From assembly GCA_016187125.1 (NCBI GenBank), contig JACPKF010000001.1, positions 38,931-102,930 of the forward strand: a stretch of 64,000 nucleotides of DNA, given 5' to 3'. A program made the position numbers and the translations under genes. The first letter of the stretch is position 1, and the number at the start of each line of letters is the position of its first letter. The DNA comes from Candidatus Saccharimonadota bacterium. GTDB taxonomy: Bacteria > Patescibacteriota > Saccharimonadia > Saccharimonadales > UBA10212. Shown piece by piece: positions 1-8,267 of the stretch. The notes below the pieces were generated by a model. The model saw nothing but the letters and a program-made list of their open reading frames with translations, did no database searches and was not told the origin of the DNA.

Positions 1-883
1 AATTTTTGAGCAGCTTTGTCATCCAGCTGCAGTCCAGGGAATCTGCTTTTAGGATTTCTTGCCGCAGATTTCTACTTAGCCGTGCGGCGATAGCTGCCGG
101 AGCAGCCCCTTGATCTCGCAGTTTGTCTAAGATCTCTAAGACCTTTTTAGGTTGAGCAGCTCGAATTGCGTCAATCAATCCTAGGATTAAGGAGTTGGGC
201 GGAGATCCAATTAACTCACTGACAACCTTCTCAGTGATTTTTTGGGCGGTTGAGCTTAACTGGTCGAGCAGATTAATGCTATCCCTAAAGCTGCCGGCGC
301 CATATTCAGCCAGTAACTGAAGAGCTTGAGGTTCCACGGTTAATTTTTCTTTTTTGGCCAGTACCTCTAAATGTTTGGCGACTTTGGTTGGCTCGATTGG
401 CTTAAAACTAAAATGCTGAGTTCGACTAATGATAGTTTCTGGTAGCTTGTGGACTTCGGTGGTCGCTAAAATAAAAATGCAGTGAGCCGGTGGCTCTTCT
501 AAGGTTTTGAGCAGAGCATTAAAGGCCTCGCGGGTTAACATATGAACTTCGTCAATTATATAAACCTTATATTGCGCCGAGGTGGGAGAGATATTAATTT
601 TATCCCTCAATTCTCTGACTTCGTCAATTCGGCGATTACTAGCTCCGTCAATCTCGATAATGTCCAGGTGTATCGACTCGTCTTTATATGGCAAATTGTT
701 GACACGGTGGGCTAAGATTCGGGCAACCGTGGTCTTACCTACACCCCTAGGGCCAGAAAATAAGTAGGCATGACTAACTCCCCCACTCTTAATGGCCTTT
801 TGTAGAGTCTGGGTTATTGGTTCCTGACCGACAACTTCCGAGAATGTTTTCGATCGGTATTTACGATATAATGCCTGCCCCAT
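1..883 (-). CDS. dnaX: DNA polymerase III subunit gamma/tau, N-terminal part (gene continues past window start)
   Basis: Absent from the ORF track because it is truncated. Minus-strand translation from ATG at 883-881 reads MGQALYRKYRSKTFSEVVGQEPITQTLQKAIKSGGVSHAYLFSGPRGVGKTT, a clamp-loader N-terminus with a Walker A motif. Confidence 0.85.
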   Translation of the reverse strand, partial: MGQALYRKYRSKTFSEVVGQEPITQTLQKAIKSGGVSHAYLFSGPRGVGKTTVARILAHRVNNLPYKDESIHLDIIEIDGASNRRIDEVRELRDKINISPTSAQYKVYIIDEVHMLTREAFNALLKTLEEPPAHCIFILATTEVHKLPETIISRTQHFSFKPIEPTKVAKHLEVLAKKEKLTVEPQALQLLAEYGAGSFRDSINLLDQLSSTAQKITEKVVSELIGSPPNSLILGLIDAIRAAQPKKVLEILDKLRDQGAAPAAIAARLSRNLRQEILKADSLDCSWMTKLLKN

Positions 884-941
884 AGTAAAATCAGTATACT
901 GATTTTACTAGCTATTGGCTATTAGCTGAGAGCTGTTAGCT

Positions 942-1454
942 TTACAAAGCCGCTTCAAGCGCGGCCCATTCAGCATCAACCGTTTCGTCTTCTGGAATGT
1001 TAACGCTGACTTGATCACCGGGTTTGGCCTTAAAATAAGTAACGCTGGCTAACAAGACTCTGTACTGCTTATCACCAATATCTACAAAATAATGACCGTC
1101 TTTTTGATTCAAGACACCAACCACTTGTCTACGGGGAATCGGACCGATTTGTTTATATAAAAATGCGCCATCATCAGCAATAGTCAACTTCAAAATGTCG
1201 CCCTGCACTAGTTTGGACTTGCTGGCGTAGTTGGCCGGTACCGGGTAAGTCTTGCCGTCACTGCCGATCATATTTTGTCCATCAAAAACACCTTCAATTA
1301 TTTTACCGAGCGATTCATCTTTGACTTTATCAGCCAGCACCGGATCATCACCGACTAAGCTCACTAAAAGCTCCTTAGCGGCTGCTAGGCTCGTTTCTGC
1401 CTCATTAATCAATGAACGCAGGCGTTTGATTTGTTTTTCAGGTATGTCTGACAT
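942..1454 (-). CDS. hypothetical protein (170 aa)
   Basis: Intact ORF on the operon strand with no competing gene. I recognise no family. GGAG lies about 12 nt upstream of the ATG. Confidence 0.5.
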   Translation of the reverse strand: MSDIPEKQIKRLRSLINEAETSLAAAKELLVSLVGDDPVLADKVKDESLGKIIEGVFDGQNMIGSDGKTYPVPANYASKSKLVQGDILKLTIADDGAFLYKQIGPIPRRQVVGVLNQKDGHYFVDIGDKQYRVLLASVTYFKAKPGDQVSVNIPEDETVDAEWAALEAAL

Positions 1455-1844
1455 TTGTATTAATACTCCAACCTTTGTCTTTGTTTAGACGCGGACTGTC
1501 AACCCAAAATTAACATAGTTAGCAGGTCAAGTCAAAGTGTCAAGTCAATGCTTGTGGATAAATCTGGTTTAGATTCTCAGGTGCCTGGATGTTTGAACAT
1601 ATCAGTGATTCATTTTCCTAATTTTACACCTACCGGACCAAGTTTCTAAATATAGCAGTGATGCCATCAATCATAGATGAATATGTCCAGAAACTTTACT
1701 ATGGGGTAAATTATGTACTCGGAATATTGTAATGGTGTTGATATGAAAATTTTTGTGTAAAAAAATATCCGCGCAAAATAAGTCTCGGGACTAGCTTGAT
1801 GAGCTAGGATAGCTCAACAGTTGCCCATATTCGTCTGTGCTCAG

Positions 1845-1883
1845 GGCGCTATAGTTGAATTATGATAATTCAACTATAGCGCC
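1845..1883 (-). terminator. 39-nt perfect palindrome (19-nt arms) overlapping the rplL stop codon; putative operon-end hairpin without a U-tract
   Basis: GGCGCTATAGTTGAATTAT-G-ATAATTCAACTATAGCGCC. The left arm in mRNA sense is the last 7 codons plus the TAA of rplL. Confidence 0.4.
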
Positions 1884-2438
1884 AGCGGCTTCTAAAGTTT
1901 TTTTAGCTTCTTCGGCTTCGTCTTTGGATACTTTTTCTTTGACGAGCTTGGGCGCACTGTCAACGATTGCCTTGGCCTCGCCCAAACCTAAACCGGTAAT
2001 TTCCTTGACAGCCTTAATAATGGCTACTTTCTGAGCGCCAGGGTCCTTAAGAAGTACATCGTATTCGCTCTTTTGCTCGGCTGCCGGGGCAGCTTCGCTA
2101 TCTCCACTTGGTACAGCCGCCGCCGCGACTGCCGGCACAGCTGCGCTAACTCCCCAGTGGTCTTGAAGAAACTGAACGAATTTACTAATTTCTAGGGCCG
2201 TAAGCTTATCTAATTTATCTGCTAGATCCTTAAATTCTTTAGGAACTTTTAAGTCCTTTTTTTTCTCAAGTTTTGCCTCAGCCTGAGGCTTTACTTTTTC
2301 TTCTTTATTTTCATCTTTGGACTCGGGCTTAGGTACTGCCTCAACTTTGGTTTCAGCCTCTGATTGTTTTTGTTCCTCCTGTGTTTCCAAAGGCTGCTCT
2401 TCGGTCTTTTTTTCTACTGTTTGATCGTTATCTGCCAT
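1860..2438 (-). CDS. rplL: 50S ribosomal protein L7/L12 with about 70-aa Lys/Glu-rich N-terminal extension
   Basis: C-terminal [68 protein letters not shown] is the canonical L12 C-terminal domain. AAGGAG lies 7 nt before the ATG at 2438. Confidence 0.9.
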   Translation of the reverse strand: MADNDQTVEKKTEEQPLETQEEQKQSEAETKVEAVPKPESKDENKEEKVKPQAEAKLEKKKDLKVPKEFKDLADKLDKLTALEISKFVQFLQDHWGVSAAVPAVAAAAVPSGDSEAAPAAEQKSEYDVLLKDPGAQKVAIIKAVKEITGLGLGEAKAIVDSAPKLVKEKVSKDEAEEAKKTLEAAGAIVELS

Positions 2439-2553
2439 AATATTCTCCTTACTTGCCCGCCGAAGTTTCTTCCGAAAGCTTAGCTGGGTAAAATTATTTT
2501 AATTACTCACTAACTGTTTCAGCTCGAGATCTAAGTACACTAAGTACTCCTCG

Positions 2554-2647
2554 TACCCACGCACCAAAATCTTGAAGCTTCGTAATCTGCATGCCATGGC
2601 GACATGCCGTGGATTACAGACTACTTTGCTCAGGATTTGGTGCGGGG
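2554..2647 (+). repeat. partial, diverged copy of the 130-nt structured repeat (see 9477 and 48552)
   Basis: Shares TACCCACGCACCAAAA at the 5' end and TTTGGTGCGGGG at the 3' end. CGCACCAAAT pairs with ATTTGGTGCG, and an internal CATGGC/GCCGTG hairpin is present. Confidence 0.4.
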
Positions 2648-2658
2648 CAAGCATTACC

Positions 2659-3192
2659 TTAGCCATTACTCTCTGCCTTCGCACTTAGAATATTAAAAAA
2701 ACCTCTTAGGTTTCCTGAGAGTACATTTACAAAACCGCTAGCTGGCGCACTAATCGTGGCTACAAGTTGCGCGCGTAATTGATCTTTAGTTGGTAAGCTG
2801 GCAAGCTGTTTAACTTCTTCGACGCTTAACAAATTACCTTCTGCGTTCAGGGCAGCTACGAATTCAATGTGGGGGTTGCTGCGGGCGAATTGCGCTAAAT
2901 TTTGAGCTGGCGCGACTTCATCGTGACTGTTAAATGCATAGATGAGTTGACCCCTCAGAAGCTGACCCATTTCTACATCTTTAAGAGTTTCATTAGCGCT
3001 AAGCGCCTGCTTAAACAAACGGTTTTTTATAACTTTTAGCTCAGTATCACTGTCTCGGGCTTGGGTTCTCAAGCTTTGCATAGCCTTAACCGGCGTCCCT
3101 TGGTATTTAGCGATAACTGTCATTTTTGAGTTCTTCAAAAGAGTCTCAACTTGAGCCACTACTTCACGTTTCTTATCCTTACTAATAGCCAC
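2659..3192 (-). CDS. rplJ: 50S ribosomal protein L10
   Basis: 177 aa reading MAISKDKKREVVAQVETLLKNSKMTVIAKYQGTPVKAMQSLR, typical of L10. GTG start preceded by CGACTGGAAGGAG. Lies upstream of rplL. Confidence 0.9.
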   Translation of the reverse strand: MAISKDKKREVVAQVETLLKNSKMTVIAKYQGTPVKAMQSLRTQARDSDTELKVIKNRLFKQALSANETLKDVEMGQLLRGQLIYAFNSHDEVAPAQNLAQFARSNPHIEFVAALNAEGNLLSVEEVKQLASLPTKDQLRAQLVATISAPASGFVNVLSGNLRGFFNILSAKAESNG

Positions 3193-3506
3193 GAAACGCT
3201 CCTTCCAGTCGTAATATCTAAGTCCTAATTTTTAAATTCTCAACGTCTAGGGTTTCGATATTCGACATTAGTGCTTGCCGCTCCGTATAGAGCGGATTAT
3301 CGACCTTTTTTGCCAAAAAAATAATCCTTGGCTTTTTAGGTACCAAAGATCTCTCAAACTCACCGAATCCTTCGACTTCGCTCAGGACTTCACTTCGTTC
3401 AACCTCGGCGACATTATTATTACTCCGCTACAACGGACCGTCGCTGTCTTTGGCAACTTATATAGTAGTTTAGCATATTAAAATATCTCTCGCAACTCCC
3501 TGAGCG

Positions 3507-5573
3507 CTAAGATTTCTCGTCTGCCTTCCTGATTGTATTATTACGGCTTTTGCTCGGCTTTAAGGACCTGTTTTGATTGGCTGCAGAAGCGGCTTTTGTA
3601 CTGAATAGGAACTTGGTTAATTGTGGATGGACTTCAGCTATTTTTTCTAACAGAAGCTTCATAAAAGCGTAATGGGGGCTGGAAATATTTTTGGGGTTAT
3701 TGGCATAAGCTCGCCACGAGTTGGCAGAAGTGCTAAATTGCCAGCGTACTCTATGGCCTAAAAGAGTCGCATAGCCGGCCTGGAGTTCTTGCTTGGCAGC
3801 CTGCAACTGACTATAAAGTTCCAAACTTAAGTCGAAGCAATCCATAAACTTATCCTCCAAACCATAAAACTCAATTACATCGGGGACTTCATAACCGTAA
3901 CGGGGGGTAATTGTCTGTTGCTTGAGATCTTTAATGAGCCGGTTGCGAAGCATGTGGTGCAGCTTAAGCCGGTCAGTGGTTATATCCCAACGGTAATTAA
4001 CCTGCGCAATAAGACTTTCAGGCTTCTGGAAAATTGCCTGGGACAGGGCCTCGGCTTTTTGTTGATATGACCACTTATCTAACTCTGCGGCAATTTGATT
4101 TCTAGGCAGATTACTGTAGGGGTAGATGCTATCAGCCAGCAGGTCAAATTCGTTCCGGGGCCAAAATTCTAAAAGTTTCAAGGAGTCTGAACTACCAGAT
4201 AATGTCTGGGGCAATAGTGACTGCGCTAAATTTTTAATAATTTCTTCGATAGCCTGAGGTTTGGTTAATACGTCATTGTCATGAGAAAGCTGGCTTGCAT
4301 TATTGTTTTGACTTGAGGCTTTGCTTGCTAGGCGTTCAACTAGATCATCAACTTCGCGCAGTTTCGGGGAAGTATTTGATAATTTATCGATTATCGACTT
4401 TAGGCGTCTGGTATCAGTACTTATAAAAACCGTGCCAAAGGCCGAAAGAGGAACTACGGCGGTAATAACTTCGAGTAGTTCTGATCGCCGATCATTTTTT
4501 TTGGGTTTATCGGAATCATTGGCCGCTTGCTTCATTTTGATATAAAGTTCGGCAATTTGCCTGATAGTTTTTTTATAAGATTTTTTTAACTCACTAGGCA
4601 ACTCAGACGGAACATAGTAGTGACAATCATCCCCGGACTTAGCTCTGATCCAATTGACTTCCAAGCTAGCAGCAAATTCACTGGAGCTGACTAAAGAATT
4701 GGCTGCAAGTAAGCTAAGCTCGTTGGTCCTAAATTCAAAATTTATTGGGTTCAAAGATAGCGACGAGGTAGCAGATTTATTACGGATATTTGATGAAATG
4801 TGCTTCGGCATTACCATAGCAGCTTGATGTAAATTCAAAACAATGCTTTTAGCGCGATTAGGTGGGTCAGGTGGCAGCAGTGGCTTGATGGTTTCCCAAA
4901 TGTTATCGTTAATCTCGGCGATGCCTAGAATCTGATTGTGGCTAGTGCAGTCAATTTCTTTAAAATCTTTGGGGAATAATTTAGTCAGCAGGTCGTATGT
5001 GTCAGACGAACGCTCAAGATACTCAAGATTTTTTTCATGCTCATCACGTTGTTTGTTGGTATAGCTCCGAGCGGTTTTGTTAGCGATTAATCCATAGGAG
5101 ATTTTAGGCGGTACTTTTAGATAAATATTAAGCGTTGGTCTGGGAATGCCGAGGAGCTGGAACTCGAGACTTTCGGCCCAGACAAAAAAACCGCGCTGCT
5201 GACTCTCGGCACTAAATTTCGAGCCCTGGTGAGCCATATTGGATCCGACATAACGGTTAGCCAGAACAATCTTTCCTGCCTTTAGAGCTTGTCTAATCTG
5301 TGGCGCGGCTTCATAGCGGTCCAAAGCGTAAAACAGTGAAGCCGTATATGGGCTAAGTCTTGAAGCTTCGCCATACTCACCGTTTAAATAGCGTTTTACA
5401 AAATAACTGGACGGTAGTTCGTAGCGTGGAAAGTCAAATATGGCTACTTCGTAGCCGACGGCTTTAAGTCTCTCGGCCAAGAGCCGAAACTGGGTAGTTT
5501 TTCCGGAGCCGTCAGCTCCTTCTAAAACTATAAATAAGCCGTGGTGGTCTGGCATATATTTTTTATCCTGCAC
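3507..5573 (-). CDS. tmk: thymidylate kinase fused to two tandem degenerate ThyX-like (flavin-dependent thymidylate synthase fold) repeats
   Basis: N-terminal FIVLEGADGSGKTTQFRLLAERL is the dTMP-kinase P-loop. The C-terminal NYRWDI..MLRNRL..QQTITPRYGYEVP..YATLLGHRVRWQFSTSANSWRAY mirrors the ThyX pattern (F.F..RHR..S..RY..P...LP...t.N.R.l). A second weaker repeat lies at residues about 290-410. Confidence 0.7.
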   Translation of the reverse strand: MQDKKYMPDHHGLFIVLEGADGSGKTTQFRLLAERLKAVGYEVAIFDFPRYELPSSYFVKRYLNGEYGEASRLSPYTASLFYALDRYEAAPQIRQALKAGKIVLANRYVGSNMAHQGSKFSAESQQRGFFVWAESLEFQLLGIPRPTLNIYLKVPPKISYGLIANKTARSYTNKQRDEHEKNLEYLERSSDTYDLLTKLFPKDFKEIDCTSHNQILGIAEINDNIWETIKPLLPPDPPNRAKSIVLNLHQAAMVMPKHISSNIRNKSATSSLSLNPINFEFRTNELSLLAANSLVSSSEFAASLEVNWIRAKSGDDCHYYVPSELPSELKKSYKKTIRQIAELYIKMKQAANDSDKPKKNDRRSELLEVITAVVPLSAFGTVFISTDTRRLKSIIDKLSNTSPKLREVDDLVERLASKASSQNNNASQLSHDNDVLTKPQAIEEIIKNLAQSLLPQTLSGSSDSLKLLEFWPRNEFDLLADSIYPYSNLPRNQIAAELDKWSYQQKAEALSQAIFQKPESLIAQVNYRWDITTDRLKLHHMLRNRLIKDLKQQTITPRYGYEVPDVIEFYGLEDKFMDCFDLSLELYSQLQAAKQELQAGYATLLGHRVRWQFSTSANSWRAYANNPKNISSPHYAFMKLLLEKIAEVHPQLTKFLFSTKAASAANQNRSLKPSKSRNNTIRKADEKS

Positions 5574-5589
5574 ATATTAAGACCCACCA

Positions 5590-6303
5590 CTAAAGCGCCT
5601 TTAAGCCCTCAATTTTTGGTGGCAAAGTCCGCTTATCTTTATAAGCCTTTGGCAACATTTGATCAGGTGTCCATTTTTTGATCAAGGAATCAAAATTGCT
5701 GCCCTGTTGATATTTGCCGCTAAAGCCTTTATCCTGTCCGGTGCCATAGCTGCCTTCAACTGCACCAGTTTCATAAAAAACTGCTTGAGCAATACGCTCA
5801 CCAACTGGCAGCAAAACTATATCTTTTTGATTAAGATTATAAATTTCTAGCGTTAGCCGATTAATATATCCCGGGTCTACCCAGCCGGCGTCAAAGCAAA
5901 CAGCAATGCCGTTACGCCCCCAGCTAGAACGTGATTTTAATTCGAAAGCGCCGGGCGGCTTGATGCCGAAAAATTCATGCGTATGGGCTAAAATTCGCTC
6001 GTCTGGCTTGAGTGGTATGATTGGATGCTTTGGCGGGATACCTTTAAGAAGTTTGATACCATGAGCATTGCACCACTTCTCGTGAGGTACCGCACTGTGT
6101 GGGCCGTCAAAATAACGGGCCACGTCAGTTTCGTCAAAAGGATTATAAACTGTATGATCGCCGGATTTTTCAGTCCGGTAATAATAAAAACCAAGCGTGA
6201 CGTCTAAGCTAGCATGGGCCACATGCCTGGGATTGTAAGGCCGGCAAAGAATATGGCCTTCCTTGACAGCTTGGCGTATCTGTAGATTACTATAAACACT
6301 CAT
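5590..6303 (-). CDS. dcd: dCTP deaminase / dUTPase-superfamily protein
   Basis: 237 aa containing SLDVTLG, SSWGRNGIAV, DAGWVDPGYINRLTLEIYNLN and GERIAQAVF, which are the dCTP deaminase family motifs. AGGAGG lies 8 nt before the ATG. Confidence 0.8.
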   Translation of the reverse strand: MSVYSNLQIRQAVKEGHILCRPYNPRHVAHASLDVTLGFYYYRTEKSGDHTVYNPFDETDVARYFDGPHSAVPHEKWCNAHGIKLLKGIPPKHPIIPLKPDERILAHTHEFFGIKPPGAFELKSRSSWGRNGIAVCFDAGWVDPGYINRLTLEIYNLNQKDIVLLPVGERIAQAVFYETGAVEGSYGTGQDKGFSGKYQQGSNFDSLIKKWTPDQMLPKAYKDKRTLPPKIEGLKAL

Positions 6304-6426
6304 TAAGAGCTCCTCCTAGTCGCGAAGTATGAAGTAGGGAGTATGAAGTATGGAGTTTCTCTATTCTCCATTCTTCATTCTCCATTCTACTATCGCTCTA
6401 ATTTCTATTTTACAATTTATTAATAA
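6304..6426 (-). repeat. rplA-dcd spacer with an imperfect long hairpin built from GTATGAAG / CTTCATTC-type tandem motifs
   Basis: GAGTATGAAGTATGGAG pairs with CTCCATTCTTCATTCTC (15 of 17). It is followed directly by the dcd SD and has no U-tract. Confidence 0.6.
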
Positions 6427-7452
6427 TTAGAGTGATATTTTTATGCTAGGTCCCATAGTGGTAGTGATATAAAAAGATTTAATATAAGTACCTTTTAGGC
6501 TAGCCGGTTTAGCGGCTTTAATAGCATCTAGGACAACTCCGGCATTTTGGCTAATTTTTTCCGGCCCGAAGCTAACTTTACCTATAGCCAAATGAATAAT
6601 GCCGGCTGGATCAAGTCGATATTCTACCCTGCCGGCTCTAGCTTCTGTTACGGCATTAGGAATGTTAGTTGTGATAGAACCGCTCTTGGGGTTCGGCATT
6701 AAACCTTTGGGTCCAAGTAAGCGAGCATATTTTCCGAGTCTTGGCATAAGACTAGGCGTAGTTATTAGAATGTCGAAATCAATCTGTTCTTTATCCAGCT
6801 TTGCCAGAAAATCATCACCGCCAACTAGATCTGCCCCGGCAGTTTTGGCCTTGGCTGCTTCATCGCCTTCGGCAAAAACCGCAACTCTAATTTTTTTGCC
6901 AGCCCCAGCCGGTAAATTGACCATACCACGGATATTATGATCAGCTTGCTTGGGGTCGACACCCAAGTTGATGTGAAGTTCAACGCTGCTATCAAATTTG
7001 GTGGTGGCAGTCTTGATGGCCAGCTCCAAAGCTTCAGTCACGCTATAAGTTTTAGTTTTATCTACTAGCTTATAGGCCTCACGATATTTTTTGCCAGCTC
7101 GCTCAGATTTGGGCCGGGCTGGTTTTTTAGGAGTTTTCGGCCTGTCTTCACTAGCAATGATGTCTTTTTTGCGAGCCTCCTTGGCTGCTAGTTCCTGGGC
7201 CTCACGGATGGCTTTAGCACTGTGTTTTCCGGCCTTCGCTAAAGCTACGGCGGACTCTGACCCTGCCTTGGTTGTCGCCTTCGATTCGGGGACGTCTAGT
7301 AATTCGGAATTAGAAATTGGCTTTTCAGCCTCAATAATTTTTGGCTCTTCTTTTGCTGCCTTTGTTTTACTTTTTACTATTTTCTTATTGCTAGTTTCTA
7401 ATTTCTGCGCCTTCGGCGTTTTGGGTTTTAAACCCGTCTTTCTATCTACCAT
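6427..7452 (-). CDS. rplA: 50S ribosomal protein L1 with about 119-aa Lys/Ala/Glu-rich N-terminal extension
   Basis: From residue about 120, GKKYREAYKLVDKTKTYSVTEALEL...GPKGLMPNPKSGSIT is canonical L1. GAAGGAG lies 6 nt before the ATG at 7452. Confidence 0.9.
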   Translation of the reverse strand: MVDRKTGLKPKTPKAQKLETSNKKIVKSKTKAAKEEPKIIEAEKPISNSELLDVPESKATTKAGSESAVALAKAGKHSAKAIREAQELAAKEARKKDIIASEDRPKTPKKPARPKSERAGKKYREAYKLVDKTKTYSVTEALELAIKTATTKFDSSVELHINLGVDPKQADHNIRGMVNLPAGAGKKIRVAVFAEGDEAAKAKTAGADLVGGDDFLAKLDKEQIDFDILITTPSLMPRLGKYARLLGPKGLMPNPKSGSITTNIPNAVTEARAGRVEYRLDPAGIIHLAIGKVSFGPEKISQNAGVVLDAIKAAKPASLKGTYIKSFYITTTMGPSIKISL

Positions 7453-7522
7453 TTTCTGCTCCTTCGTGGTTCAAACCCCTGCCATAGCTTTAGCGTAGGA
7501 GGGTCCCACTTTTTATTAATAA

Positions 7523-7732
7523 CTAGGGTTTACTATTAGCCTCTATAAATTCTTGTGCCAATCTACTAGCTTCTTGATCAAGGGCAGTGTGGTCGATAGG
7601 CATAATGGTTTGTCTCATTCCGCCAAGCAATTGTAGGTTTGCAGCTATTATCTCTTCGGCAAGCTCTCTTCGTCGTTCTTCTAGGCTCGTATCAGGCCTG
7701 ATCCCGCCCGCATTAGTTTCCATTTGACTCAT
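7523..7732 (-). CDS. hypothetical 69-aa protein between rplK and rplA
   Basis: The ATG lies 3 nt after the rplK TAA, with GAAGGG 6 nt upstream. No family recognised. Confidence 0.4.
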   Translation of the reverse strand: MSQMETNAGGIRPDTSLEERRRELAEEIIAANLQLLGGMRQTIMPIDHTALDQEASRLAQEFIEANSKP

Positions 7733-7735
7733 AAT

Positions 7736-8167
7736 TTACCCTTCAATTTCTACACCCATACTACGGGCGGTGCCGGCCACCATTTTCTTGGCTGCATTAA
7801 TGTCTTGGGTATTCATATCTTCAGCCTTGGCCTCAGCAATTTGGGTAAGCTGTGAATTGCTCAACTTTTTATCAAGCTTGGTTTTATTAGGCTCGCCAGA
7901 ACCTTTGTCTATTTTCAAAGCGGCTAAGATAAGCTCATCGGTTGGCGTACCCACCACTCGCCAGTTCATTGTTCTGTCGTCGTAAATAGTGATGTGTACG
8001 CTAAGGTTTTGGCCCATCCGGTCTTTAGTTTGCTCGTTAAATGGATTGATGAAATCCATCATGTTTACACCGTACTGGCCCAGCGTTGAACCAACCGGTG
8101 GCGCGGCGCTGGCTTGGCCGCCGCGGATTTTCATCTTCAAGTTTGCTTTAATTTCTTTCGCCATCAA
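7736..8167 (-). CDS. rplK: 50S ribosomal protein L11
   Basis: IKANLKMKIRGGQASAAPPVGSTLGQYGVNMMDFINPFNEQT is the L11 N-terminal domain signature. Confidence 0.92.
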   Translation of the reverse strand: MMAKEIKANLKMKIRGGQASAAPPVGSTLGQYGVNMMDFINPFNEQTKDRMGQNLSVHITIYDDRTMNWRVVGTPTDELILAALKIDKGSGEPNKTKLDKKLSNSQLTQIAEAKAEDMNTQDINAAKKMVAGTARSMGVEIEG

Positions 8168-8267
8168 ATGCTCCCTTCAGTGGGTGAAACTAGCAAATAG
8201 AAATTAGAAACTAGTATTTTCGCTGATTGCTGATTGCTGATTGCTGATTGCTCAATGCGTAGCATTT
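8168..8267 (-). repeat. nusG-rplK spacer, family C (AACTAG/AAATAG heptads followed by four CTGATTG heptads)
   Basis: Plus strand reads GAAACTAGCAAATAGAAATTAGAAACTAG...GCTGATTGCTGATTGCTGATTGCTGATTGC. Confidence 0.7.

Noticed and set aside
1455-1844. AT-rich 390-nt gap with tandem TTGAC boxes (GTCAAGTCAAAGTGTCAAGTCAA) and a 23-codon ORF
   Set aside because: It probably holds the promoter region for the downstream hypothetical gene. The many AT-rich -10/-35 look-alikes prevent a specific call, and the mini-ORF has no SD.
3193-3506. Classical L10 (rplJ) leader autoregulatory RNA and a TTGCGA-17-TAAACT promoter near 3460-3490
   Set aside because: The position is plausible, about 260 nt upstream of rplJ. 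I could not recognise the known L10-leader kink-turn or three-way-junction features by eye, and the region also contains the TTCGACTTCGCTCAGGAC-type repeat. I left it uncalled.
8221-8250. CRISPR-like tandem repeats (GCTGATT four times; similar heptad runs in other spacers)
   Set aside because: The period is only 5-8 nt with no unique spacers, the arrays are under 40 nt, and there are no cas genes in the window.
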